From Octopus vulgaris (lineage: Eukaryota), in NCBI GenBank assembly GCA_951406725.2, contig OX597817.1:8432001-8496000 (forward strand): a stretch of 64,000 bases of DNA, written 5' to 3'. A model generated the notes under the pieces. The model was not told where the DNA came from and made no database searches. It worked only from the letters and a program-made list of their open reading frames with translations. Every line of letters starts with the position of its first letter. Position 1 is the first letter of the stretch. The translations under genes were made by a program, and so were the position numbers. Shown one piece after another: positions 12,794 to 25,850 of this stretch.

Positions 12794-13287
12794 TAAAGTA
12801 GTAATCAAAGGGGTGCAAAAAAGAAAATGACTGAGAACCCTGTGCTAGAAAATTATTGTGGGTCAAATCACTGTGAAACCATGGCCTGTTTCTTAAAATG
12901 ACGGAAAGATGCGATGGGAAATGCAGCTTAACTTTTAAAAAAGTAGATTACATCAATAACAACGGCAACCATTAACCATTAACCATTAAGAAGAAAAAAA
13001 AAGTTAGAGAAGGGAACGAATTAAAGTACCCTTCCCCCAGCTAATGAAAATGAATCGCGATACGAAAGAATAACTTCCCTAAATCTCTGCTCAATTAGCA
13101 TCATTGTTAAAATTGTAAAGTATAAATCCCTCCAGACAAAATAGCACGTTCGCCCACGCACAATTAGTAGTAGTAGTAGTAGTAGTAGTTGAAGATTTGC
13201 ATCTCTTTCTGGTTGTAACGCCTTTATTCCTTATCCCCCCTTTTTCTCTTCCCTTTGCCGTTACAGCGGTGACGTAAACTTACGTTA

Positions 13288-13361
13288 TACATACATACAT
13301 ACACATACATACACACATGCATACATACATATATACATACATACGTACATACATACATACA

Positions 13362-13393
<32 letters not shown>

Positions 13394-14416
13394 CATACAT
13401 ACATACACACATACATACATACATACATACAAACACATACATACAAACATACATACACACATACATACATACATACACACATACACGCATACATACATAC
13501 ATACACACATACATACATACACACATACATACATATACATACACACATACATACATACACATACATACATACACACATACATACACACACACATACATAC
13601 ACACATACATGCATACACACATACATACATACACACACATACATACACACACACATACATACATACATTCATACATACATACACACATACACACATACAT
13701 ACATACATAGATACACATACATACATACGTACATATATACATACATACATGCATACATACATACATATACATACATACACACATACATACATACATATAC
13801 ATACATACACACATACACACATACATACATACATACATACATATACACACACACACATACACACACACATACACACATACATACATACATACACACATAC
13901 ATACATACATACACACATAAACACATACATACATACATACATACGTACATACATACGTACATACATACATACATACATATATACATATATACACACACAC
14001 ACATACACACGTACATACATACACACATACATACATACACACACACATACATACACACATACATACATACATACACATACATACATACACACATACATAC
14101 ATACACACATACATACATACATATATACATACACACATACACATACATACGTACATACATACATACATACATACATACACACATACATACATACATACAT
14201 ACATACACACATACATACATACATACACACATACATACATACACACATACATACACACATACATACATACATACATACACACATACACACATACATACAT
14301 ACATACATACATACATACATACACACACACATACATACACACATACATACACACATACATACATACATACATACATACATACATACATACATACATACAT
14401 ACATACATACATACAC
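13288..14416. repeat. 1.1-kb degenerate (TACA)n/(CA)n microsatellite
   Basis: Visible array; source of the 250-400 aa spurious ORFs. Confidence 0.97.
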
Positions 14417-14844
14417 AGGCAATTATACGGAAATCTATCCGTTACGGCGCGCGCTTATAAGTGCTGCGTATGTGGCGTTTACGTTACACACGCCAGAAAT
14501 AATATAAAAATATGAACGAAAACAGACGAACGAAATTAATATAAGCGGCGATGACGAAATCCTGTCATGTTATGTTGTTAGCCTCGGGACGTCTCGTTCG
14601 GTGGGAGTGACTTTGCTAACAGTACAACCGTGGGAAGAGGGTAGAGGAGTCGCAGTAAGAGGAAGACACAAGAACGAGTATTATAAAAGAAAAAACGAGA
14701 AAGAGGGAGGAGGAGGAGGAGGGGGAGGAGGGAATAGAGGGAGAAGGATGAAAAGAAGAGCAATTAAAGCGAATGAAAAATTACAGCGAGTACCGAGCTG
14801 AGGTAGATACGTTTAACCTGGAAAATCGTTGCCTTTTGTTGTCA

Positions 14845-14876
<32 letters not shown>

Positions 14877-15129
14877 GGTCTTTTTTATGCTAAATGGTTG
14901 TTCTTTTTTTTATTACTTTTTTTTTTTATCTTTGTGACAATTCTGCTGCTCCTGCTGCTGCTACTGCTGTTGCCATATTGTGTATTTTTATGTTTTTATC
15001 TATTTTTAATGTTGGGCCAAGGACGAATGATCGATAGTTGACGTGTCATACGTGCACTCACACACACGCACACACACACGTGTATGTGTGTGTATATACA
15101 TACATACATATATATATATATACATATAT

Positions 15130-15160
<31 letters not shown>

Positions 15161-15342
15161 TATATATATACACATATATATCATACGTCTTACACGCGTG
15201 TGCACACTCACGCACGTACACACATTATACTAAGATCATACTTATGTTATGCATACATAAATGTTATGCGCTTGTGCTTGTATGTATGTATGTATTTATG
15301 TATGTATGTATATATATTTATATATATATGTGTGTGTGCGTG

Positions 15343-15396
<54 letters not shown>

Positions 15397-15682
15397 AAAG
15401 TAAAAAAAAATATACAAACTGGGACAAGAACGTGAAACATTTAGAAGAGACACAAATAGTTTGCTATCTATCTATCTATTTATATATATGCATGCATGAA
15501 TTTATGAATGTATGTACTTATGTACATATGTATGCTTGCATGTGTGTGTTCAACGTGCGGAATTGAGGCAGTATTGAATAAAAATAGAAATAGTCATCCA
15601 TGTACATTCTTAGCGTATATACACCGCTGACAGGCAAGATATTGTGGTTTCTGCCTGAGATAAAATCTCTTACGAAAGTAAT

Positions 15683-16178
15683 ACTATATATATAAAAGTC
15701 AAGTTGTGTCTGTCTCCTACGATTTAGATTCCTAACTACTCCCACATTTTTCGGTGCAGTTTAACCAAAACCGGGTATCTTATAGTCGTGATTCATATCG
15801 AGCCCTTCTGGGTATTAGCGCGTGTCTACGATGAGTCTACGATTTAAAAAAAAATTTACCATCATTTTTTACCATTTTAATGCATTTTTCGCTATTATAT
15901 AAGGGAGGTAATTCTCTAAAAATGTCTACGATAAGTCAACGATTTAAAAAAAAATTACCATAATTTTTACCATTTTAATGCATTTTTTCGCTATTATATA
16001 AGGGAAGTAACTCTCTAAAAATGTCTACGATGAGTCAACGATTTTTAAAAAAAATTACCATCATTTTTTTTTTCCATTTTTAATGCATTTTTTTGCTATT
16101 TTTTGGCTATAACTCTCTAAAAATGCTTATATAGTTATTTCCCTTACAAACCCGAGCCACACCGGGCGATACTGCTAG
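15683..16178 (+). mobile_element. Non-autonomous Helitron (copy 2) with internal ~99-bp tandem triplication
   Basis: Shared 5' region; hairpin cccgagccacaccggg then CTAG|T (16175-16179). Unit gtctacgatRagtc...ccattttaatgcattttt is repeated three times. Confidence 0.85.
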
Positions 16179-16499
16179 TACTATATATACATACAGAAGG
16201 GAAGCGAAAAAATCACCCCCGAAGCGGACAAGTAATAGCACCAAATGCCTCTCATCCTTCACTGGGCTTTTCGAATGACGTGTACACTCAGTTACATTGT
16301 CTAGACGAAAGCTTTTGCCTCCGATGTAGTAAACGGTGACTAATACATTCACTGATATTGCAAATAGCCGCCGGGCTGAGTAAAATTTCGTTGTGCGCAG
16401 CTGAGACAATATTAATTTAAAATAGTCACCATTGACAGCATCTCTCACTTGCGAACCTCTTATTTTTAAATGGATTGTTAGGAGGCTCTATATAACCAT

Positions 16500-16892
16500 A
16501 GGCGCAGGAGTGGCTGTGTGGTAAGTAGCTTGCTAACCAACCACATGGTTCCGGGTTCAGTCCCACTGCGTGGCATCTTGGGCAAGTGCCTTCTGCTATA
16601 GCCCCGGGCCGACCAATGCCTTGTGAGTGGATTTGGTAGACGGAAACTGAAAGAAGCCTGTCGTATATATGTATATATATATATATATATGTGTGTGTCT
16701 GTGTTTGTCCCGCTAACATTGCTTGACAACCGATGCTGGTGTGTTTACGTCCCCGTCACTTACCGGTTCGGCAAAAGAGACCGATAGAATAAGTACTGGG
16801 CTTACAAAAGAATAAGTCCCGGGGTCGAGTTGCTCGACTAAAGGCGGTGCTCCAGCATGGCCGCAGTCAAATGACTGAAACAAGTAAAAGAG
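16500..16892 (+). mobile_element. SINE family A, near full length
   Basis: A box tggctgtgtgg, B box ggttcagtccc, internal (TA)n(TG)n, tail ggcggtgctccagcatggccgcagtcaaatgactgaaacaagtaaaag. Confidence 0.88.
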
Positions 16893-17466
16893 TAACCATT
16901 TTCTTTCACCGTTATCCGTAAGACAGACCTCAGCTGGATAAATTAATTTTGGGAATGACACATACTACTAAAATGTCAGCTATTAATGTTGTTGCAATTA
17001 CATTATGAAGAAGAGCTTTCTGATCCAGCAGATCAATGATCAATAGGTTCCAGTCGTTGAATTCCTTTTTCCTTCTTTCAGACATAATGTACCTAGGAAT
17101 AAATTATCTAATGTGCAATTTCTGTTTTCGCACAGTAGCGTTTTAGTTTAGCGAGGGAAATCTGGCAGCTATTTCATGCGACAGGAGATCAGCAGGATTT
17201 TCACGCTTGGTAGCATCAAAGCCGAGGTGAGAAGAGGAGGTTAAAATGTGAAGACCCACAAGGATTCATCATTGGTTTCTGTAAGCGCTTGCGCTGTATA
17301 TATGTGTATGTATATATGTGTATGTATATATGTGTATGTATATATGTGTATGTATATATGTGAGCGTGATGTGTGCGCATGCGCATGTACATGCGCGCAC
17401 ATTTGTGTTCTCACTGTAGTTTGAAGAACATTGAACATACGGAGTGATTTTGTTGGTGGCTGGAGA

Positions 17467-17583
17467 ATAAGGTAAAATTAATGCATTCATATAAGGATAA
17501 GGTAAAATTAATGCATTCATATAAGGATAAGGTAAAATTAATACATTCATATAAGGATAAGGTAAAAATGAATGCATTCATAT
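17467..17583. repeat. 30-bp tandem repeat x4
   Basis: ataaggtaaaattaatgcattcatataagg repeated. Confidence 0.92.
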
Positions 17584-18479
17584 GAGTATGATCAATCCCA
17601 CACACACACGCACCAGAATATATGTGTGTTTTCTCTTTATTTATATACACATACACATCTGTATGTAAATATATATTCATATCCCACACACGCCCACACA
17701 GGGTTTAGACACATAGTGGAAGCAAATCCATATATATAGAATACTCATATGAGATAGATAGAATACATCAGTGAAGTGCTAAGATTCGAACGCACGCTCC
17801 TCCTGTTTGCCTTTGTTTGCGCTGGCATAAACAATTAGGGGATATATGTAAATTATGTATAAGGAAATTTGTCGAGAGAAATGGAAACTAATGTTTCGAG
17901 ATAGACCCGTTGAAACTGTCTTCAAATTTACAGGCATGATGATTGGACTTCAGAGACTGAAGTGTTAGAATAGGTGGGTAAGGAAAATGTAATTGATAAT
18001 GGACGCTTGAATGATTGGAAGTTTATTGTTTGGTCTGCGAGGATTGTACAGCAAATAACGGAAATTGATTCTGACAACTTGTTTTGAATCTAAATTGAAG
18101 TCTTTCTGTATTTCTCTTCACAGACTTTTGTCCATGGAAAAAAATAAAACATATGCGTTATGAAACAAAGTGCCGTGCCTCTTGCTTAAATCTTCTTAAA
18201 ACCACATCTGACAGTCTTACTAAAGGAACATACTAAACATTATAGTCATAAATATACAAAAAAGATTGGTCGGTTATGGCTGAAATGTCTTTGTTCATTG
18301 TTTCTTTCTGAATCAGGTTTGAGCTAAGTTTAAACAGCACCTTGCTCGACCATCTAATAACTCTGTCTATCCGCCACCTTGCATTAGTACTTTTTCTAAA
18401 ATGACCCCAAAAGGATGGATGGAAAACAGAGCATTTGGTAACTTTTATTACTTTTATTATTATTATTATTATTATTATT

Positions 18480-19033
18480 GAGTGAGAGAGCAGTGCATGC
18501 CATCAAAGTGACACTGGGGTAAAATATACAAAGCCCAGTATACCCATCATGACTACCCGTCTGATAAGGATACACCAGGCACATGCATCACAACCATATG
18601 TGCGCGACATAGTGATCTCATATCAAGATAAACAGCACATGACCTTGCAGGTGGGGCCCAGTTAGAATTTTCTTCTGGTCGAGTAACCCATCCCACTCAA
18701 AAGGTCCCAGAATAAGGATTGTTTAAGGATGTTGAATGAAACACCCATGTTTCCAGAGGTGAATTATTCAAACCCCAAAGAATCCCTCCCAACACATGGC
18801 CATGATGCTCCCCCACTACTTCTGCTCGTGATCAGAGATGCACATATCGTCAGCCACTAAGGGACATGCTCAACTGGTTAAGGTCAAACAACTGACAAGC
18901 AAATCTGTGGTATTGAGCAGAATATTTGCTGTAGCCCATCTTTTATACCAAGACAAAACAATGTACATGCTAACACTTCCAATCAGTTAAGATCAGAAGC
19001 CATGAGAGCCACTGCCTGGTACTGCATCAGGGC

Positions 19034-19035
<2 letters not shown>
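18480..19035. mobile_element. Unclassified ~555-bp insertion bracketed by (ATT)n tracts
   Basis: Higher-GC complex sequence with (ATT)n on both sides (18456-18479, 19036-19108). No recognisable ORF. Confidence 0.45.
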
Positions 19036-19108
<73 letters not shown>

Positions 19109-19928
19109 CATTTGAAAAGTTAATGAATTATTGAATAAAATCCTCGTTGATGCTTAGGAGAAAAACGAGATTATAGCACATATCTGTTTTCCTTTTGCTT
19201 TAGAAAAACTATCTTTTGTTTTCTTAACAATTAGAAGATTTGTTACTATTTCAAACGAAACTCCGAATAAATTTTGAGCATCTAAGTGAATAAATATTTA
19301 TATCTAAAGGTCATACAAAGCCTTTTGATTGAAGCGGAGATAAATTTACATGTATATGGTGATAAACTAGAAATTTAGAGGCCGCGAGAATATTTTAATG
19401 ATATCAGGTTTTTTCCCCCAAAGCTATAGATGTACTTCTATTTATAGATGACTACGTGGAAGACTTTTAGATACAATATGTTATTAACTTGATATATGAC
19501 AATCAGATGACAGCTTTATAATTGCTGAAGAAGCGAATTCCTCTTCTTTATATTACACTATATATGGATACCACTACTAATTATAAGTGGTCTCAATATA
19601 AACTTCGAGTATATATTAAAGCCTAAGAAGTCCAAATTGGGATGTCGATGGAGCGCAAGACTTCTGTCTAAAAGACAAATTTCTTTTTTTATTCATATCC
19701 CGAGTCCTGAGTACACTGTTGTTTAACCCTAGGACAACTCTGATCGATCGATAATGTAATGAAAGTCTTTCCACTTATGAGCATCACGTATTTTCTCAGA
19801 CAACTTATACATACATACATACATGCATACATAAATACATACATACAGAAACGCTCACACGCACATACACACATGAATTGTGGGTAATAAAATGCCATAT
19901 GACATAAGATAATAAGACATAAGAAAAT

Positions 19929-20503
19929 TAAGGCGGCGAGCTGGCAGAAAGGTAAGCACACCGGGCGAAATGCGTAACCGTATTTCGTCTGCCGTTACGT
20001 TCTGAGTTCAAATTCCGCCGAGGTCGACTTTGCCTTTCATCCTTTCGGGATCGATGTAATCGACTTAATCCGTTTGTTTGTCCTTGCTTGTCCTCTCTGT
20101 ATTTAGCTCCTTGTGGGTAATAAAGAAATAGGTATTTCGTCTGCCGTTACGTTCTGAGTTCAAATTCCACCGAGGTCGACTTTGCCTTTCATCCTTTCGG
20201 GGTCGATTAAATAAGTACCAGTTACGCACTGGGATCGATATAATCGACTTAATCCGTTTGTCTGTCCTTGTTTGTCCTCTCTGTGTTTAGCCCCTTGTGG
20301 GTAGTAAAGAAATAGAAATAGGTATTTTGTCTGCCGTTACGTTCTGAGTTCAAATTCCGCCGAGGTCGACTTTGCCTTTCATCCTTTCGGGGTCGATAAA
20401 TTAAGTACCAGTTGCGTACTGAGATCGATGTAATCGACTTAATCCATTTGTCTGTTCTTGTTTGTCCCCTCTATGTCTAGCCCCTTGTGGGCTAATAAAG
20501 AAA
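19929..20503 (+). mobile_element. SINE family B, tandem trimer
   Basis: One head (ggcggcgagctggcagaa) followed by three units containing gagttcaaattcc and gactttgcctttcatcctttcggg (resembles a MetaSINE-type central domain). Confidence 0.88.
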
Positions 20504-21294
20504 TTATATAATAAGTACATACAATTTATGCTCAGGTCAAATTTGTGCCCAAACTCATGCCCGTAGTTAAGGGGGTGCAACTGGACAGCACTATCCCTTC
20601 ACTATTCAATGATGTACTCACAGATTTAGAAAAAACAGTTTACAAAAATCTTGCCGCAATACAATTTAGTGCCCACCAGAATATTCTAAAGAATCCCCGT
20701 GCAACAAAATCTGGCGACGGGCCTGCTCATTTTCCAGCTTAAAATATCGGGTATGATGCTTGCCTACTTGGAGATTAATTGTAAGCAAGGTATTGAACGA
20801 GGTGATATAGATGAAAGCGGAAATAAAAGCATAAACAGGCAGTCAACATGTATCAAGTTTGTTTATATCATATCTATATTTATATAAACTTATATAACAT
20901 ACTGAAGACACATGCAAATATGCAAATATACGTAAAGGAATACACATACACACACACGCACACACACACATATTTAGGGGTAGTTTATCCACGAGAAGAA
21001 CATTTGATAACCTGTTCTTGAGTCTTGATCATATTTCTCTGAATAAACGTAAATGTGTGCCACAGTGGATAATTATTCTCTGCTGAAAATACCGGAAACG
21101 TTGAACGTTAACAAATGTTTCATTGATTCGTTTTGCCCCGAGTTCATCAGTATTGCCAACAGAGATAACATATCTCTGAAGTTTCAGTATTCCGTCTGCC
21201 GTTACGTTTTGTGTTCAAATTCCACCGAGGTCGTCTTCTCCTTTTATCCTCTCAGGTTCAATAAAATAAGTACCAGTTGAACACCAGGGTCGAT

Positions 21295-21680
21295 GTGGAA
21301 GCACTCCGTCGGTTACAACGACGAGGGTTCCGGTTGATCCGATCAACGGAACAGCCTGCTCGTGAAATTAACGTGTAAGTGGCTGAGCACTCCACAGACA
21401 CGTGCACCCTTAACATAGTTCTCGGGGATATTCAGCGTGACACAGAGAGTGACAAGGCCGGCCCTTTGAAATACAGGTACAACAGAAACAGGAAGTAAGA
21501 GTGAGAGAAAGTTGCGGTGAAAGGGTACAACAGGGATCACCATCATCCCCTGCCGGAGCCTCGTGGAGCTTTAGGTGTTTTCGCTCAATAAACACTCACA
21601 ACGCCCGGTCTGGGAATCGAAACCGCGATCCTATGACCGCAAGTCCGCTGCCCTAACCACTGGGCCATTGCGCCTCCACT
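21295..21680 (-). mobile_element. tRNA-derived SINE family C, 11-bp TSD
   Basis: Head ggaggcgcaatggcccagtggttagggc...gtttcgattccc. TSD ccagggtcgat at 21284-21294 and 21681-21691. Inserted in a decayed family B copy. Confidence 0.9.
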
Positions 21681-22709
21681 CCAGGGTCGATATAATCCTC
21701 AAAAATTGCTGGCTCTGAACTAAATTTTGAAATCATTAATATACTTGAGTATATGATGACATCTAACATGGTGCCATAGCTACTGCTATTGTGCCTCCCC
21801 TTCAAACATGAATACCGAAGTAATTTTGGTTTGTAAATAAACACGATAGCATGCAGTTAGAGAGTTTTATTTTTTTCAGTGTTGTGACACAGCATTTGGT
21901 TTGGCATAAGTTTTAGTCTGGAAGATCAAACTAAGTTTTTCTTTAGTCGTTTTGTATTCACCCTCGGTCAGCAGAGATGAAGATTTATCGAGCGATCTGT
22001 TGGTTCGTGTACAAACCAAAACTGTTCCAATCCATGATGATTCATTGTACAAGAAAATGGTACTGAATGCTTTAATCCTTTGCTATGATATACAGAAAAT
22101 AGAAGCGGGAGACATCAGCAAGACCAGAATTTCTGTGACAACACATATTGAAGTTCTATCTTCGGCGACTGTGAGTTGTACTTATCTTTGAAAGTATACA
22201 CTGAAATTACACTGTTACTTCACGGCCTGGGTAGTAGAGTAGTGAGAAGATAGTATGATTTCAGAAAGGTTTGTATTTTGAGGTAAGGACAATTTTCGAG
22301 ACATGTACAGAAGTGTTGGACTACAACAACAACAACGAAAACGGTGCCCTCAAACTTATTTATGCCCTAACAGATGCAGGTCAGCAAAATGTCCCCAAGC
22401 ATCCAAAAGTGTGCATACTGTTTACTAGGAATTGGTAAGTAGAAGTGCATTTTAGATGCATGCTGAGATTTTGTAGGTTTAATATTTTATTCTACGGTTT
22501 CCAATCAACTATATTTGGGTTACCTGAATATTATTATAAGGGAATGTTGGTCGATGGGCATATAGATAGTGAACTGACATCCAGCAAAGCAGTCGAGGGA
22601 TCCCTTTCAAATATTGATTTCAAGTTTTGGCACAAGGTCAGCAATTTTAGTGGAAGGGATAAGTCGATTACATCTGCATTGGTGTTCAACTGGTACTTAT
22701 TTTATCGAA

Positions 22710-23093
22710 TGGAGACGCAATGGCCCAGTGGTTAGGGCAGCGGACTCGCGGTCGTAGGATCGCGGTTTCGATTCCCAGACCGGGCGTTGTGTGTGTTTAT
22801 TGAGCGAAAACACCTAAAGCTCCACGAGGCTCCGGCAGGGATGGTGGTGATCCCTGCTGTACTCTTTCACCACAACTTTCTCTCACTCTTACTTCCTGTT
22901 TCTGTTGTACCTGTATTTCAAAGGGGCCGGCCTTGTCACTCTCTGTGTCACGCTGAATATCCCCGAGAACTACGTTAAGGGTACACGTGTCTGTGGAGTG
23001 CTCAGCCACTTACACGTTAATTTCACGAGCAGGCTGTTCCGTTGATTCGGATCAACCGGAACCCTCGTCGTCGTAACCGACGGAGTGCTTCCA
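22710..23093 (+). mobile_element. SINE family C flanked by 145-bp direct repeats
   Basis: Full-length copy; flanks 22565-22709 and 23094-23238 are direct repeats with 4 mismatches. Confidence 0.9.
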
Positions 23094-24297
23094 GATAGTG
23101 AACTGACGTCCAGCAAAGCAGTCGAGGGTTCCCTTTCAAATATTGATTTCAAATTTTGGCACAAGGTCAGCAATTTTAGTGGAAGGGATAAGTCGATTAC
23201 ATCTGCATTAGTGTTCAACTGGTACTTATTTTATCGAACCTCAAAGAATGAAAATTAAAGTCGACCTCGGCGGAATTTGAACTCAGAACGTAAAGATGGA
23301 CGAAATACCGCAAAATATTTTGCCCGGAGTATTAACGGTTCTGCCTGCTCGTCGCCCTGGCTCGCTTTCAAATATTAGCATTACTTTGTATCCCATTGCA
23401 AATTTTAGTAAATAATTAAACTGTTGATGTGAAAATTAATCATTTCTCCTAACGGAGATTTAAATTTAATGCAATTAATTTTATTGCTTTGTTAACTGTT
23501 CTCACGTGCAGTGGCGTCATCGTATTTAGTCCGCACCAAAACAACAATAAAAACAAAAAGTACGAGTCTATCAGAGAATCTTTTCGAAGTCGCTCAAGTT
23601 GCTAGCAATAGTAGTCTAATCTTCCCCAAATCATAACTACCGACTAAAAAAAAACAAAAAACAAACAAGAAGGGCATCTTGGATAAGAAACGCTAGGTCT
23701 GAAAAGACAGATAGAATTACCATGACTACTGGAGTAAAGCCTGACCTAGGGCTAAATAACACGAATGGTACAGAGCAAGACTTAATATTAGTTAAAGGAA
23801 GGCACGGAACTGAATGAGTAAATGTTATTAGCAGATGGCCTAATTGCAATCAACAGCTCTTCAGAGGTGTGACTCAGGCAAATCCAGTGATGCAGTCTTC
23901 GGTGACACAATACAATGCTAATGATATTGTTAATGCTGTTGTTGTTACTAATTTTGTTTTCGTTACAGTTGCAGTTGCTGGTTAGCTCAAGGAAACCCTG
24001 AAGAAGCAGATTTGTGATCAGTGGTATTCCAGAAATGATGGCCCTATTTTCCAAATTTTCCTAACCTACGAGTCTATGCTTTAAAGGTAGAGTATTTGAG
24101 GAAGCGATGGCTGTTATTTCTAGCAAGTTGTACATCTACGACAAGGACCACCTTGCTAGGTCGCAGAATGATTAATTATATTATGTGGTAATATTATATT
24201 ACGGACAGGTAAAAACATGAACAGTTTCAGGATAATTTAGGTAGGGTTATCCATTTAGAAGTGCACAATTTACACAGTCACGCACGCACGCACGCAC

Positions 24298-24384
<87 letters not shown>

Positions 24385-25530
24385 CAAAAGCGGGAGAGAG
24401 AGAGAAGGGAGGGATTTGAAATCAAAACACCACCACTGTCGATACTTCAACTTTGGTTTTGAAATGTTGCCAATATGACATTAAAATGTTTTGAGAAAAG
24501 TGAACAAGTTGGAGAGAGAAAGAAGAAATCCCGCTTACTCAGCCCAAGTCTGATGCACCAAGCAGTGCATTTATCTATCGGAGATAAATGGCTCACATTG
24601 TTTATTCAAGAACCTCAGCCCAGTCGAAAATTAAGCTATTGGTACGATGAATTTAAGCTGCCCCAAACTCACCATCAATATCCTATATCACTGGTGAAAC
24701 CCACGAGAGAGCCTTTAAGTGGACGCTTTGTATGCTAGTAACACCAGTTAAATTTTCTTCATATAAAATGTTACAACCTTGAAATGACACCTTCGATAAT
24801 ACTTCCCTAAATATACTATGTCTGAATAAAATGATTGAATGATCACCGCTGGAATGCCTTCGCTCATATATCAGCTTCATCGGAGCAGGCTTAGAACAAA
24901 AAAGCAACAACAACTACAAAAACAATAGCAACAACAACTACAACAACATCATCATAGCGCTTCAACAACAACACTTTATAAGATGCATAAAATTAAAACC
25001 TATTCGAACCACTTCAAAACTTAGAGCTATGTCCACTCATTGCGGTGTGAAAAACGTCGTTGCCTATCATTAGATAGAATTTTTTTTGCAATTAGCAAAT
25101 GATACTTAGAACCATCTTCAGGAAGCTACTCTCAGAAACATCTGATGGATGGAATGCAAGCGTTGGAATGCAAGCGTTGAAGGAAACCTATGTCAATTTC
25201 GCAGTGCGTGCAGTGAAATATTGGTTTTAAATTTAAATTTATTGTACTAGGGTCGATGCAATCTACTGAAATTGCAGGCCTTGTGCTAAAAGTTGAAACC
25301 AATATTAATGAGACATCAATAGCGGTGAATTGCAAATCAAGCATTTCGAAACAAAAATCCTTGTGCTATTTAGTCGCTTATTTCACGTTCTGTGTTCCAA
25401 TCACGCTCGAGTAGATATAGGTTTTCATCCTCCGTCTAATGAGCAGTAAAATAAGTAACACTATTATAAAAGAAGTTGGATCAATCGACTATACAGGTAC
25501 TATATAAAGTCCAAAGCTTTTATACCAATT

Positions 25531-25850
25531 CATTATTTATTTATCTATTTATGTGCTCTTTTTCAGCCTAGCTAGGCTCATGGGCCCGGTTTCCCGGCGT
25601 ATGTGTCCTCCACCCCAGCTGACCGGGACGCCAGTCCATCGCAGAGTTACTCAAGAAACAGGAAGGAAGAGTGAGAGAAAGTTGGGGCGAAAGAGTACAA
25701 CAGGAGTTGCCACCACCCTCTGCTGGAGCTTCGTGGAGCTTTTAGGTATTTTCGCTCAATAAACACGCACAACGCCCGGTCTGGGAATCGAAACCGCGAT
25801 CCTCCGACCGCGAGTCCGCTGCCCTAACCACTAGGCCATTGCGCCTCCAC
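25531..25850 (-). mobile_element. SINE family C head with alternative 3' tail, 10-bp TSD
   Basis: Same tRNA head and body as 21295/34682, but a different tail ending in an (AAAT)n-like run. TSD tataccaatt at 25521-25530 and 25851-25860. Confidence 0.85.

Noticed and set aside
13224-14507. Long ORFs of 250-435 aa here and at 2182-2937, 39692-40999, 61470-61771 and similar
   Set aside because: Translations of microsatellites (MYVC, HTYI, LSIY repeats) that lack stop codons by composition.
14430-14830. CpG-rich, purine-rich stretch resembling a promoter or first exon with possible donor GAG|GTAGAT
   Set aside because: No downstream exon or ORF support visible; would need RNA-seq or CAGE data.
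16500-16570. tRNA genes at SINE heads (also 22710, 35695)
   Set aside because: A/B boxes are present, but there is no complete cloverleaf and each continues into a SINE body and tail.
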